Shown piece after piece: positions 51,768 to 60,968 of a stretch of DNA of 64,000 bases. Each line of letters starts with the position of its first letter. Within the stretch, counting starts at the first letter, position 1. The DNA comes from an uncultured bacterium (GTDB lineage: Bacteria; Verrucomicrobiota; Lentisphaeria; Victivallales; UBA1829): assembly GCA_949297765.1 (NCBI GenBank), contig CASFTV010000008.1, positions 2,137 to 66,136 on the forward strand, written 5' to 3'. The notes beneath the pieces are model-generated. The model saw nothing but the letters and a program-made list of their open reading frames with translations. It did not search any database and was not told the DNA's origin. Position numbers and translations under genes: made by a program.

Positions 51768-52629
51768 CTCCGTACATTCCGCGGAGCGGGAGTTCCGGAG
51801 CCCGGGAGGAATCAAAGAATTCCGCGCCGCGGAACACTCCGAGATACTCCGCATTCCGGAAAATCTCATGCGAGGGAATCTCCTTTCCGCCGACGGCAAC
51901 GGTTTTTTCTCCGCGCTCCACCTGCAGAAAACGCATCGCGACAGGATCCGCCAGAAAAGCGGATTCTCCATCCGCAAACAGGAAGAGCGGCTGATCCGGC
52001 AAACCCGATCCCCGGATGGCATAGAGATTGACCACTTTCCGTCCATCCATGCGGCGGGGAGGAAAAGGAAGAGACCGAACCGTTCCGTCGGCTCCTGCGA
52101 CCCGGAGCGATCCCTCATAGCGTTCGAAGACCGGATTTACAAGCCGCTGACAGACCGTCACGCGCCGCACCCCGGAAAATGACGGAGAAATTTCCACAGA
52201 CCATGTTTCCCGGATCTTTTTCATCTCCACACATTTCTCTCCGAACCAGACCGTTATGCCGATCAGGCAGAGCAGAAGATAATACAGCGTTGCCCGGGCG
52301 GAAGGCGGCGTTCCTTCCAGTCCGTTTTTCCGGGAAACCTTCACCGCAAGATACGCGGAAAACGCCGCCGCAATCAGCGGCAGCGTGAAAAATGCAATGG
52401 CAAACACCGGAAGAAGAGAAAGCGGCAGATGGAAGACCAGCGCCGCCAGCACGCCGGCAAACAGCAGCAACAGCAGGGAGAGACATCCCGCCCCGGATGA
52501 CTTCAGCGCAATCAGATTCCGATTCCTGGATTTCCGGAACACCGGAACAAACCAGAGCACAGCCATCGCGCATACCAGAAAAATAATGAAAAACAGCATA
52601 ACGTTGCCTCCGTATTTTTTCCGTATCAT
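51745..52629 (-). CDS. Hypothetical polytopic membrane protein with C-terminal soluble domain
   Basis: 294 aa. Four hydrophobic segments fall in the first roughly 130 aa. No recognisable motif. Confidence 0.55.
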   Translation of the reverse strand: MIRKKYGGNVMLFFIIFLVCAMAVLWFVPVFRKSRNRNLIALKSSGAGCLSLLLLLFAGVLAALVFHLPLSLLPVFAIAFFTLPLIAAAFSAYLAVKVSRKNGLEGTPPSARATLYYLLLCLIGITVWFGEKCVEMKKIRETWSVEISPSFSGVRRVTVCQRLVNPVFERYEGSLRVAGADGTVRSLPFPPRRMDGRKVVNLYAIRGSGLPDQPLFLFADGESAFLADPVAMRFLQVERGEKTVAVGGKEIPSHEIFRNAEYLGVFRGAEFFDSSRAPELPLRGMYGEKTTAAP

Positions 52630-52866
52630 ATCCCGGAAATCGGGAAAATCAACATTTCCGGGAAAAATTCATGGAAAATCCGGAAAATAAAGAAAGAAGC
52701 CCCCATTGAAAAACAGAGGGGAAAAAATATTTTTTCAACGTCCGGGAAATCCCTATCTTCTTCATTCCAAATATTTTTTGAAAGAAACGATTGAAAAATT
52801 TCTTTCCGGGTGTATTTTATCAGAATCATCAGAGAGAGTGATTTTTTATATTTGTCGGAATGGTTT

Positions 52867-52895
52867 TGCGGATTTCTGCAGGGAATGAATCCGCA
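52867..52895 (+). other. Leader stem-loop TGCGGATT-13 nt-AATCCGCA upstream of the NYN-CSD gene
   Basis: 8-bp perfect inverted repeat ending 44 nt before ATG 52939. Two further 8-bp inverted repeats lie upstream (TTGAAAAA/TTTTTCAA and GAAAGAAA/TTTCTTTC). Confidence 0.4.
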
Positions 52896-52938
52896 CAGGT
52901 TGAATTTTATTTTTATCTTGGAAAAAAGGAGACACCCT

Positions 52939-53982
52939 ATGTATGACTCACACCTGTTACGAATCGGAATTTTTTATGACGGCAACTACTTCTATCATGT
53001 GAGCAATTATTACTGCTACGCCCATGAACGCCGGTCCCGGCTCAGCATATCCGGGCTCCACGACTTCATCCGGCGCCTTGCGGGACGGTTTGAGGGGGTG
53101 GAATCGAAATTCTGCCAGATTGTCGACTGCCACTACTTCCGCGGACGCCTTCCGGCAATGGAGGCGAACGCCCGCCAGATTCTCCTCAACGAACGCATGT
53201 TCGACGATATTCTGATGCGCGAAGGCGTAGTGACCCATTATCTTCCGGTGACACGGGGCGGAGAGAAAGGCGTCGACGTCTGCCTCGCCCTGGAAGCCCT
53301 GGAGCTCAACATTTTCAAGAAGTTCGACGTTGTTGCCCTGATTGCCAGCGACGGCGACTATGTTCCGCTGGTCCGCAAGCTGAATGCGCTTGGAACACGG
53401 GTCATGGTCCTCGGATGGGATTTTGAATACATCGACGACAACGGAAATGAACGCTACACCGCCACCTCCGGGAAAATGATGAATGAAGTAACCTACCCGG
53501 TCTGGATGCACAAGGTCATCGACGGACAGGACACCCGGTTCGATGCCAGCGAAATCAATGCTCTGTTTGTCCCCTCGGGTTCGCGGGAGACACCGGCATC
53601 CTACGCCAGAGAAGAATCCCGGAATGCAAAAGACGACACATACGCCCACGCGGTCCCGAATTATGACGAAGTCCAGCCGGATTCTCCGCGCGGCGCCCAC
53701 TACGACGGCAGCGATCCCGACCGGCCGATGCAGACCGTTGTTCCGCCGACGCCGCGGGGTGTCCGCAAATGCAGCCGGATTCTCCAGCTGAAAAACGGAT
53801 ACGGCTTCCTTTCCAATGAACCTTCGCCGAAGAACCTGTTTTTCTTCTGGGAGGATCTGGAAGGGATTGATTTCAATGAACTCAATGTCGGCGATATGCT
53901 GGAATACGAGGTCGGGGAGAACGAACGGGGCGAGTGCGCACGCCACATCACGCGGGTCTCTTCCCAGACGGATGCGCCCTGA
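52939..53982 (+). CDS. NYN (LabA-like) ribonuclease-fold domain fused to C-terminal cold-shock (OB/CSD-like) domain
   Basis: Trimmed to ATG 52939 (AAGGAG RBS). IGIFYDGNYF, GEKGVDVCLALEA and LIASDGDYVPLVRKL are NYN/PF01936-type. The C-terminal RILQLKNGYGFLS...FFFWEDL...VGDMLEYEVGENERGECARHI is CSD-like. A roughly 100-aa low-complexity linker joins them. Confidence 0.7.
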   Translation: MYDSHLLRIGIFYDGNYFYHVSNYYCYAHERRSRLSISGLHDFIRRLAGRFEGVESKFCQIVDCHYFRGRLPAMEANARQILLNERMFDDILMREGVVTHYLPVTRGGEKGVDVCLALEALELNIFKKFDVVALIASDGDYVPLVRKLNALGTRVMVLGWDFEYIDDNGNERYTATSGKMMNEVTYPVWMHKVIDGQDTRFDASEINALFVPSGSRETPASYAREESRNAKDDTYAHAVPNYDEVQPDSPRGAHYDGSDPDRPMQTVVPPTPRGVRKCSRILQLKNGYGFLSNEPSPKNLFFFWEDLEGIDFNELNVGDMLEYEVGENERGECARHITRVSSQTDAP

Positions 53983-53996
53983 AACGGAGACAGCCG

Positions 53997-54818
53997 ATGA
54001 AGGGCGCCGGATATCAACTGCTGGTCCAGGTCGGCGACGCGACCCTTGACGTGGTACGGGACGCCCTTCATCTGATTTTGTTCACCGGAGAGACGATTTC
54101 GGAATTTGTCTCCGCCCTCCGGCATCCGTCCCGGATCCGGCGGAAGGAAACGCTGTACTATATGAATCTCTGCGGAGCGGACGCGTTTCCGATCAGTTCG
54201 CTGATCTGCCTTCTGATGGGATTGATTCTGGGGTACCAGTCGGCGGTGCAGATGCACAAATACGGAGCGGATGCCTTTCTTCCGGCGCTGGTCGGCTGTT
54301 CGATTGTCCGGGAGCTGGGACCGCTGATGGTGGCGGTCATTGCGACCGGCCGGGCGGGTTCCGCCTTCGCCGCGGAGATCGCCACCATGAAGGGAACGGA
54401 GGAGATCAATGCGCTGCTGACCATGGGATTTTCCCCCTGGAGATTTCTGGTCATTCCGAAACTTCTGGCGATGATCTGCATGATGCCGCTGCTGACCTTT
54501 TTCGGAGATCTTTTCGGGATCGCTGGAGGAATGGTGGTCGGGACACTCGAACTGGACATCCCTGCGGCGACCTACTATCAGCAGACTCTTTACTGGGTCC
54601 TGCCGCGCTTCTTCATTGAAAGTTTTGTCAAGAGTGCGGTTTTCGCCGTCATCATCACAGGGATCTGCTGCATGCGCGGATTCGACGCGAAGGAGGATTC
54701 GCTCGGCGTCGGACGCGCCACGACCTCCGCAGTGGTCACGAGCATCATCTGGATCATTCTGGCGGACTGCATGATGGCGCGCATGTTCAATCTGATCTTT
54801 TACGGATCGGCGGTGTAG
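53997..54818 (+). CDS. mlaE: MlaE-family ABC permease
   Basis: Trimmed to ATG 53997 (GGAGA upstream). IVRELGPLMVAVIATGRAGSAFAAEIATMKGTEEINAL is typical of MlaE/Ttg2B. Confidence 0.85.
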   Translation: MKGAGYQLLVQVGDATLDVVRDALHLILFTGETISEFVSALRHPSRIRRKETLYYMNLCGADAFPISSLICLLMGLILGYQSAVQMHKYGADAFLPALVGCSIVRELGPLMVAVIATGRAGSAFAAEIATMKGTEEINALLTMGFSPWRFLVIPKLLAMICMMPLLTFFGDLFGIAGGMVVGTLELDIPAATYYQQTLYWVLPRFFIESFVKSAVFAVIITGICCMRGFDAKEDSLGVGRATTSAVVTSIIWIILADCMMARMFNLIFYGSAV

Positions 54819-54820
54819 AA

Positions 54821-55576
54821 ATGACGCAGCGGACTTCAGTCAAAGTGGACGGAGTGACCGTCGGATACGGAAACCGGACTGTTCTGGAAAATGTCTCGTT
54901 CGAGATCCGGAAGGGAGAAATTGTCGCGCTGCTCGGGGGATCCGGCTGCGGAAAGAGCACGCTGCTCAAGGCGATCATCGGCCTTCTTCCGGTCCGGAAG
55001 GGAGATATTCTCATAGAAAATGAAAGCATTGTCCGGGCCGCCGGCGAAAAGAAACGCTCCATCATGCGCCGGTTCGGAGTGGCGTTTCAGGGCGGAGCGC
55101 TCTTCCGTTCCTACACCATCCGGGAGAACATCGCCCTTCCGCTGGAGGAGTACACCGACTACACCCGGGAGGAGATCGACCGCATCGTCAGAGAAAAACT
55201 GAAACTGGTGGATCTGGAAGGAACGGAAGAGATGATGCCGGCGGATCTTTCCGGAGGAATGGTGAAGCGGGCGGCGGTGGCCCGGGCGCTTGCCCTCAAC
55301 CCGGAAATCATCTTTCTTGACGAACCGTCCGCGGGACTGGATCCGCTGAACTCGGCAAAGCTCGATGAACTGATTCTGGCGATCCGGAAACACTGCAATG
55401 CGGCGATCGGAATCGTCACCCACGAACTGGACAGTCTTTTCACGGTGGCCGACCGGGCGGTTTTTCTCGACCGGGAGACAAAAACCGTGATCGCCGAAGG
55501 TCCTCCCGCGGAACTCCGGGACCACTGCCCCGTTGAAAAAGTACGCATCTTCCTCAACCGCGGAAGTCTAACATAA
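54821..55576 (+). CDS. mlaF: MlaF-family ABC ATP-binding protein
   Basis: Walker A GGSGCGKST, signature LSGGMVKR, Walker B IIFLDEP. Confidence 0.88.
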   Translation: MTQRTSVKVDGVTVGYGNRTVLENVSFEIRKGEIVALLGGSGCGKSTLLKAIIGLLPVRKGDILIENESIVRAAGEKKRSIMRRFGVAFQGGALFRSYTIRENIALPLEEYTDYTREEIDRIVREKLKLVDLEGTEEMMPADLSGGMVKRAAVARALALNPEIIFLDEPSAGLDPLNSAKLDELILAIRKHCNAAIGIVTHELDSLFTVADRAVFLDRETKTVIAEGPPAELRDHCPVEKVRIFLNRGSLT

Positions 55577-55590
55577 GGAGACTGCTGGCC

Positions 55591-56586
55591 ATGAACATGA
55601 ATCTGGAAACCGATAAATTCAAACTGGGACTGTTTGTCACGGTCTCATTTTTCCTCCTCTGTCTTTTATTCATCGTCTTCGGCCTGTTCGACTTTGTGGA
55701 CACAAAAGTTCCGGTGTTCACGCTGTTTCAGGAGAGTGTGCAGGGACTCGAATCGGGAGCTCTGGTCAAATACCGCGGCGTCCCGATCGGGAAAGTCACA
55801 GACATTACGCTGTCCACGTCCAACAATCTGATCCGGGTGGACATGGAGGTCAATTTGAGCAAACTGCGTTCCGATCCGGCCCGGGACCGCAAGGCGGAAC
55901 CGATCAATGAACCGGAATTCTACATGTATATGGAACGCGAAATCCGGAACGGCCTCCGCTCCCGCCTGGAACTGAATGGAATCAGCGGATTCAAATACAT
56001 CGAACTCGACTATCATGACACCGAACTGCCCGCCGACCCCAAGGGAAATGCGGGAGTGGAATCCGGACTCAGAAAAGGAGGTGTCTTCTACATTCCCTCC
56101 GAACCCTCGATGCTCAGCGGGCTCCGTTCGGGAATCACCGAAACCATTGCAAAAATCGCCTCCATCGACTACAAACAGCTCAGCGAACGGCTGGAAAACG
56201 TCCTGAACACCGCGAATTCGCTGCTTTCGGACCCGAATCTGAAGGTCATGCTTGCGAATTCGGAGAAGCTGACCGGCGATCTTTCCCGAACCGTCCAGTC
56301 GCTGAACGCAGTGTTCACGCCCCAGCGCTTTGAAGAGCTTTCCGGGAAAACAGCCGCCGCGCTCGAACAGGTCCGCGAACTCTCGCAGAAACTGGACCGG
56401 GTGATCGAGGAGGCGAAGATTCCGGATACATCGGAATCGTTCCGCAACGCCGCTCGCTCCCTGCGCGACTCCGAACAGGCCTTCAACAACTCGATGGCCA
56501 AATTCAACGACACGCTGGACGCCCTCTCCGAACTGATCCGGACTCTGGACGACAATCCCTCCTCCGTCCTCAGCGGGAAGAAATAG
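55591..56586 (+). CDS. mlaD: MlaD/MCE-domain protein
   Basis: N-terminal TM segment, then the MCE core FQESVQGLESGALVKYRGVPIGKVTDI, followed by a long helical C-terminus. Confidence 0.8.
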   Translation: MNMNLETDKFKLGLFVTVSFFLLCLLFIVFGLFDFVDTKVPVFTLFQESVQGLESGALVKYRGVPIGKVTDITLSTSNNLIRVDMEVNLSKLRSDPARDRKAEPINEPEFYMYMEREIRNGLRSRLELNGISGFKYIELDYHDTELPADPKGNAGVESGLRKGGVFYIPSEPSMLSGLRSGITETIAKIASIDYKQLSERLENVLNTANSLLSDPNLKVMLANSEKLTGDLSRTVQSLNAVFTPQRFEELSGKTAAALEQVRELSQKLDRVIEEAKIPDTSESFRNAARSLRDSEQAFNNSMAKFNDTLDALSELIRTLDDNPSSVLSGKK

Positions 56587-56649
56587 GCCGCGGGAAACCG
56601 CCCCTGCGTTCCGCCCCCTCCGGGGAACGGAATCGGGAAGGCCGGGACA

Positions 56650-58503
56650 TCAGAGCGTCATCTGCTCGGCTTTCGGCGTCCAGAGGATCATATCCGCAAA
56701 CCCGAGCGGGAACTGGCGGAAGTTGTGATACCGCCGGTTCAGAGCGCTCAGGGAAAACGGAGCAAACAGAAAGATGTACGGCTGCTCCTCATGGACAAGC
56801 CGGTGGAAGCGGTGATAGAGCTTCTGGCGCTCAGCAGGATCGAATGTGACGCGGATCTGTTCAATCAGCCGGTCCGCCTCGGCATTTTTGAACCGGATAT
56901 GGTTGCTGGACCCCTCCAGATCCGCCTGGCTGGAATGCCAGAGCTGGAACGGATCGGGATTGAGTCCGCCGCTCCAGGCGAGCGCACACATGTCGAAACT
57001 TTTCTTTTCCAGCCGCTGAACGCAGACGGACCATTCCAGTCCGAGCAGATCCATCTGCACGCCGGCTTTTGCCATCTCCTCCTTGATGATCGGGAGCATC
57101 CGCTTGTAGGTTTCGTTCGCATTGGGATAGATGAGGGTGAAGCGGAATTTCCGTCCATCGCGTTCGAGGATTCCGTCGTTGTCCGAGTCGCGCCATCCGG
57201 CCTCGGCGAGCAGCTCGCGGGCGCGGGAGGGAGAGAACGGATACGGCTGAATGCTTTTGTCGCAGGCGGGCCCTTCCGGGAAGAAGGGACCGGAAACCGG
57301 ACGGGCCAGACCGTAATAGATATCCTTGACTATCCGGTCGCGGTCGATCAGATGACTCAGCGCAACACGGGTCTTCGCATCGCGGAACAGCGGATTGGAA
57401 AGATTGAAGCCGAGATAGTTGTAGACAAGCTGAAGATTCTGAATCTTGCGCAGAAATCCCTTTTCTCCGAATTCCGGTGAATTCGTGCGGTGAATCCATT
57501 GATCGGGAGTCAGCGGGGAGGTGTCGAGATCCCGGGAGAGCAGAGCCTGCAGCCGCGTATTCGGATGCTGGATCACGTCGAATGCCAGATCGCGGATCGG
57601 CGGCATGACGCCGTAGCGGCGCCCGTAGTATTTTTCCCAGCGCGTCATCAGGATGCGGTGTCCCTTGTCCCATTTGACAAAGCGGTACGGCCCGCAGCCG
57701 ACAAGAATGCGGTTGCGTTCATGATCCTCGTTGAAGCGGACCGGATCGAACGGGCCTTCGTAGGCGTGGTAGAGATGGCGCGGAAGCGGCGAGAGGGAAA
57801 GGGTCATGTCCAGCGAAAGAAAATACCGTTTTTTCCAGATCACCTCGAACTCGCGGTCATTGATGATGCGGATGGAATCCAGATCGCTCAGATAGGTGCG
57901 GATCGGAGCGGCGTCGACCTTCGGATTCTTGACTACGTCAATATAGAATTTGAAATCCCCGGAAGTGACGGGAACATCCCGCCACTCTTTTTTGGAAACC
58001 GGATCGGTGAAATCGTGCCAGAGAATGCCCTCGCGGAGTTTGACGCGGATGCGGAGGCCATCTTCGGAGACCGACCAGGATTCCGCCATCTGCGGCTCAA
58101 ACTTGTTGAGATCGGCATAGTTGCGCACGGCGAGAGAATCCATGACGCGCGGCATCAGATCCTGTCCGAGCGTGGCGTCGTTGTTGATGAGATAGTTCAT
58201 GTTTTTCGTATCCGCCGCAATGGAGGTGATATAGCGGTCGCCGGGAAGTGCGTCCGGATCGAAAAACTCCGCGTTCGCCATCGGAACGGAAACCGCGGCG
58301 GAGCGCGACTCCTGTTTCTCCGGAACGGATGCCGTCCGGAGCGGTTCGGAGGAGATCTTTTCCTTCAGCGCGCGCACGGTCGCATGGAGGTTCTCCAGTT
58401 CGAAGCGAGTCCGGTCAAGCGCGGCGATCAGAGCGTATCCGATCACGAGCAGCGCGATCAGACAGAGCGTCAAAAGAATATCGGCATATCGTCTGTTGTT
58501 CAT
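56650..58503 (-). CDS. Membrane-anchored family-5 (peptide/nickel/oligosaccharide, OppA/DppA-like) solute-binding protein
   Basis: 617 aa with an N-terminal TM anchor (ILLTLCLIALLVIGYALIAAL). SBP_bac_5-like body (e.g. GCGPYRFVKWDKG, YNYLGFNL). No ABC permease or ATPase is adjacent. Confidence 0.75.
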   Translation of the reverse strand: MNNRRYADILLTLCLIALLVIGYALIAALDRTRFELENLHATVRALKEKISSEPLRTASVPEKQESRSAAVSVPMANAEFFDPDALPGDRYITSIAADTKNMNYLINNDATLGQDLMPRVMDSLAVRNYADLNKFEPQMAESWSVSEDGLRIRVKLREGILWHDFTDPVSKKEWRDVPVTSGDFKFYIDVVKNPKVDAAPIRTYLSDLDSIRIINDREFEVIWKKRYFLSLDMTLSLSPLPRHLYHAYEGPFDPVRFNEDHERNRILVGCGPYRFVKWDKGHRILMTRWEKYYGRRYGVMPPIRDLAFDVIQHPNTRLQALLSRDLDTSPLTPDQWIHRTNSPEFGEKGFLRKIQNLQLVYNYLGFNLSNPLFRDAKTRVALSHLIDRDRIVKDIYYGLARPVSGPFFPEGPACDKSIQPYPFSPSRARELLAEAGWRDSDNDGILERDGRKFRFTLIYPNANETYKRMLPIIKEEMAKAGVQMDLLGLEWSVCVQRLEKKSFDMCALAWSGGLNPDPFQLWHSSQADLEGSSNHIRFKNAEADRLIEQIRVTFDPAERQKLYHRFHRLVHEEQPYIFLFAPFSLSALNRRYHNFRQFPLGFADMILWTPKAEQMTL

Positions 58504-58515
58504 GGTTTTCTTCCT

Positions 58516-59478
58516 TTACTCCTCCCGGATGCGCAGGCGCACGGTGTAGGATTTGTTCTTTCTTCCCTCGGGCGGCGCAATGCGCATGGTCTGCAGTTTT
58601 TTCAGCAGCTGCGCGACCGAAGCGTCGATGGCGGGATCCCCGGACCGCTCCGCGGAACGGACAGCGATTCCGCCGCGGCCGTCGATGTCGAAGACAATCA
58701 GCACCGCTTCCGGCGACGCACCGGAGGAAATCTGCGGATCCACCCAGTAACGGTCGATCAGGCGAAGCAGTTCGGAGAGGGTCGGATCGTAAATTCCGCC
58801 CGTTCCTGCGCCGGAGGCCCGTCCGCGCCCCTCGCCGCTTCCGGAGGAGCCGCGTCCGGTCGCGCTGCGCATCTGCGCCGCCAGCTCCCGCAGCATCCTC
58901 TGCCGCTGGGCCGCTGTATCCGTAGACCGCGTCTGCGGGGAAGATGTTCCCTTGCGGGAGGAATTCTGCAGTTTCCGGTTCCGGTCGCGCTGCCGGCGGA
59001 TCTGTTCCACCATGTCCACGGTTTTCGGCTGTTTTGCCGGAACGGGCTTTGTCTGCGGCGGCGCCGGAGTCTTCACCGGGGTCTTCCGGACGACCGGTCG
59101 CTCCCGGGGCACCGGAACGGGCTTCGGGTAGCGGATCTGCGGAACATCGGGAATATCGGGAACGTCGGGAATGGAACTGTCCAGCGGTTTCACATCCGGC
59201 AGCGGAGGTGGAGTTGCGGCATTTTCAGTCCGTTCTCCCGCGTTCGGCTGCCCGCCGCCCGGCGTGGAATCCGCGGAAGGGAAATCCACCAGGGAAACGG
59301 AGATCACCTTCTCCTCCGGGCGAAGCCACTGACGGAAAAAATACCACACCGCCGGAAGCAGGAAAATCCCGACATGCAGAAGCACAATCAGCGCAAACAG
59401 AAACCGTTTCAGCCGGCGGCTGATGAAATCCCGCTGGAGCGCGGGATAGAGCTGCATCGGTTTGACAAGGCCCTCCAT
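58516..59478 (-). CDS. TonB/TolA-like energy-transducer protein (TM anchor, Pro-rich spacer, TonB_C-like domain)
   Basis: N-terminal anchor FLFALIVLLHVGIFLL. Pro-rich PPPLPDVKPLDSSIPDVPDIPDVPQIRYPKPVPVP. C-terminal VLIVFDIDGRGGIAVRSAERSGDPAIDASV is TonB C-terminal-like. Confidence 0.7.
   Translation of the reverse strand: MEGLVKPMQLYPALQRDFISRRLKRFLFALIVLLHVGIFLLPAVWYFFRQWLRPEEKVISVSLVDFPSADSTPGGGQPNAGERTENAATPPPLPDVKPLDSSIPDVPDIPDVPQIRYPKPVPVPRERPVVRKTPVKTPAPPQTKPVPAKQPKTVDMVEQIRRQRDRNRKLQNSSRKGTSSPQTRSTDTAAQRQRMLRELAAQMRSATGRGSSGSGEGRGRASGAGTGGIYDPTLSELLRLIDRYWVDPQISSGASPEAVLIVFDIDGRGGIAVRSAERSGDPAIDASVAQLLKKLQTMRIAPPEGRKNKSYTVRLRIREE
59141..59174. repeat. Coding 9-bp tandem repeat (GGAAYRTCG x3.5) encoding the (I/D)PDVP repeats of the TonB-like spacer
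   Basis: GGAACATCG GGAATATCG GGAACGTCG GGAATGG. Lies within CDS 58516-59478. Confidence 0.7.
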
Positions 59479-59485
59479 GACGCAC

Positions 59486-59890
59486 TCACTCCTCGGCGGA
59501 GGTAATCAGGGAAAGATCGTTGAATCCGGCATTTTTCACACTGCGGAGAACGTCGATCACGGCACCGTAGCGAAGATCGGCGTCGGCGCGGAGATAGAAG
59601 CTGTACTTTCTTCCGCTGTCCCGGAGCGCCGTGAGGCGCTGCACCAGTTCCGGCATCGAAACCACCTGGTTCTCAAATACGATATCTCCATTTTTCCGGA
59701 TGTTCACCACTTTGGAATTGTCATCCGGCCTGATATCCGCCGCGTTGTAGGAGGGCGGCGTGACATCCATGCTGTACTCCAGCAGCGGCGCCGTAATCAT
59801 AAAGATAATCAGCAGAAAGAACAGCGTGTCGATCAGCGGCGTGACGTTGATCTGATCGAACGGCGGATTGCTGAACCGGTGACGCGCCAT
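59486..59890 (-). CDS. ExbD/TolR-family protein
   Basis: 134 aa. QINVTPLIDTLFFLLIIFMITAPL is the canonical ExbD/TolR TM segment. Confidence 0.88.
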   Translation of the reverse strand: MARHRFSNPPFDQINVTPLIDTLFFLLIIFMITAPLLEYSMDVTPPSYNAADIRPDDNSKVVNIRKNGDIVFENQVVSMPELVQRLTALRDSGRKYSFYLRADADLRYGAVIDVLRSVKNAGFNDLSLITSAEE

Positions 59891-59892
59891 GC

Positions 59893-60915
59893 TTATTCCT
59901 CCTCATCTCCGTAGCCGGCGGTCGGCGGCCGCTGCGGAATCGGAGCCGAGTAGCCGGAGGAAGGATATGCTCCCCGCCCCTGCGCGGAATACGGATTCGG
60001 CGGCTGGGCCGGAGTCTGCTGCGGAAGCGGACGGGACATCGGCGGCTCCGGGGAAATCTGCTGGACGGGAACGGAACGGGACTGCATCGGCGTCTGTCCG
60101 CGGTCCGGGAGCGGATACGCCGGCTGCGGCTGTTCCCGGAGCGCATCCGGATATGCGCGAACCGCGGCGGCTTCCGCTTTTTCACGGTGCTCTTCCTCCG
60201 CGGCGGCGAGTTTCAGCTTGTTGGCGAACTCCTCCACCTGATTGTCCATATAGACCGTGAGCTGTTTGATGTAGAACGCGATCGCATTGTAGCCGATCAG
60301 CGAAGGAATGGCGACCAGCAGACCGAGCACGGTGGTCAGCAGGGCTCCGGAAACCCCCGGAGCAAGAGTCTGAATATCGGGTTTTCCGGCCATGGCCATC
60401 TCGGTGAACGCGAGCATGATGCCCCAGACGGTTCCGAACAGTCCGAGAAACGGACTGATGCTGACAGCGGTCATCAGAACAATGATCTTGTCCTCCAGTT
60501 TGACAATCTGGTCGGCGACGGTTTCCTCCATTGTCGAGCGGACCACTTCGATTTCAAGTTCGGAAAGCGGACGGGAACGGGTAATGGTCCCTCCGGTTTC
60601 GTCTCCATTGATTTGCGCGAGGCGGGCGAACCCGCTCTCATAGACGCGGGCGACAGGCGAAGGATCGTTTCCGGCGCGGTTGCGGAGCGACATCACATTC
60701 CGTTTCCGGCGGAACTCCTCCAGGAATCGGCGCGACCCCTTGTATGCGCGGCTCAGTCCGATCCCTTTTTCCAGCATCAGCGTCCATGTGGCGATGGACA
60801 TCAGCGTCAGCAGGATCACGATTCCCTGTCCCATCATATCCGAGTGGTCGAACGCATAGTAAAGCGACCCGCTGGCAAGCGGCGGGAGCGAAAATGTGGA
60901 AAAAATCAGACTCAT
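59893..60915 (-). CDS. MotA/TolQ/ExbB-family proton channel with roughly 110-aa Pro/Gln-rich C-terminal extension
   Basis: The core SPFLGLFGTVWGIMLAF...GALLTTVLGLLVAIP is typical of ExbB/TolQ. The tail runs AAAEEEHREKAEAAA...QPQPAYPLPDRGQTP...PPNPYSAQGRGAYPSSGYSAPIPQRPPTAGYGDEEE. Confidence 0.85.
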   Translation of the reverse strand: MSLIFSTFSLPPLASGSLYYAFDHSDMMGQGIVILLTLMSIATWTLMLEKGIGLSRAYKGSRRFLEEFRRKRNVMSLRNRAGNDPSPVARVYESGFARLAQINGDETGGTITRSRPLSELEIEVVRSTMEETVADQIVKLEDKIIVLMTAVSISPFLGLFGTVWGIMLAFTEMAMAGKPDIQTLAPGVSGALLTTVLGLLVAIPSLIGYNAIAFYIKQLTVYMDNQVEEFANKLKLAAAEEEHREKAEAAAVRAYPDALREQPQPAYPLPDRGQTPMQSRSVPVQQISPEPPMSRPLPQQTPAQPPNPYSAQGRGAYPSSGYSAPIPQRPPTAGYGDEEE

Positions 60916-60968
60916 TCGCGTAAAAAACTCCGTTTTGCTGTTTAAAAAGTGAAATCCTGTGCTAATTT

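Noticed and set aside
52630-52938. AT-rich intergenic segments (18943-19216, 26315-26556, 52630-52938) as boundaries of horizontally acquired islands or remnants of mobile elements.
   Set aside because: No transposase or integrase, terminal inverted repeats or target-site duplications are present. Flanking genes look compositionally like the rest of the window. The segments contain promoter and operator-like motifs, which is consistent with ordinary but elaborate control regions.
59141-59174. The 9-bp tandem repeat as a CRISPR-like or VNTR element.
   Set aside because: It lies inside the TonB-like CDS and simply encodes the PDVP/PDIP proline-rich spacer. There are no spacers and no cas genes.
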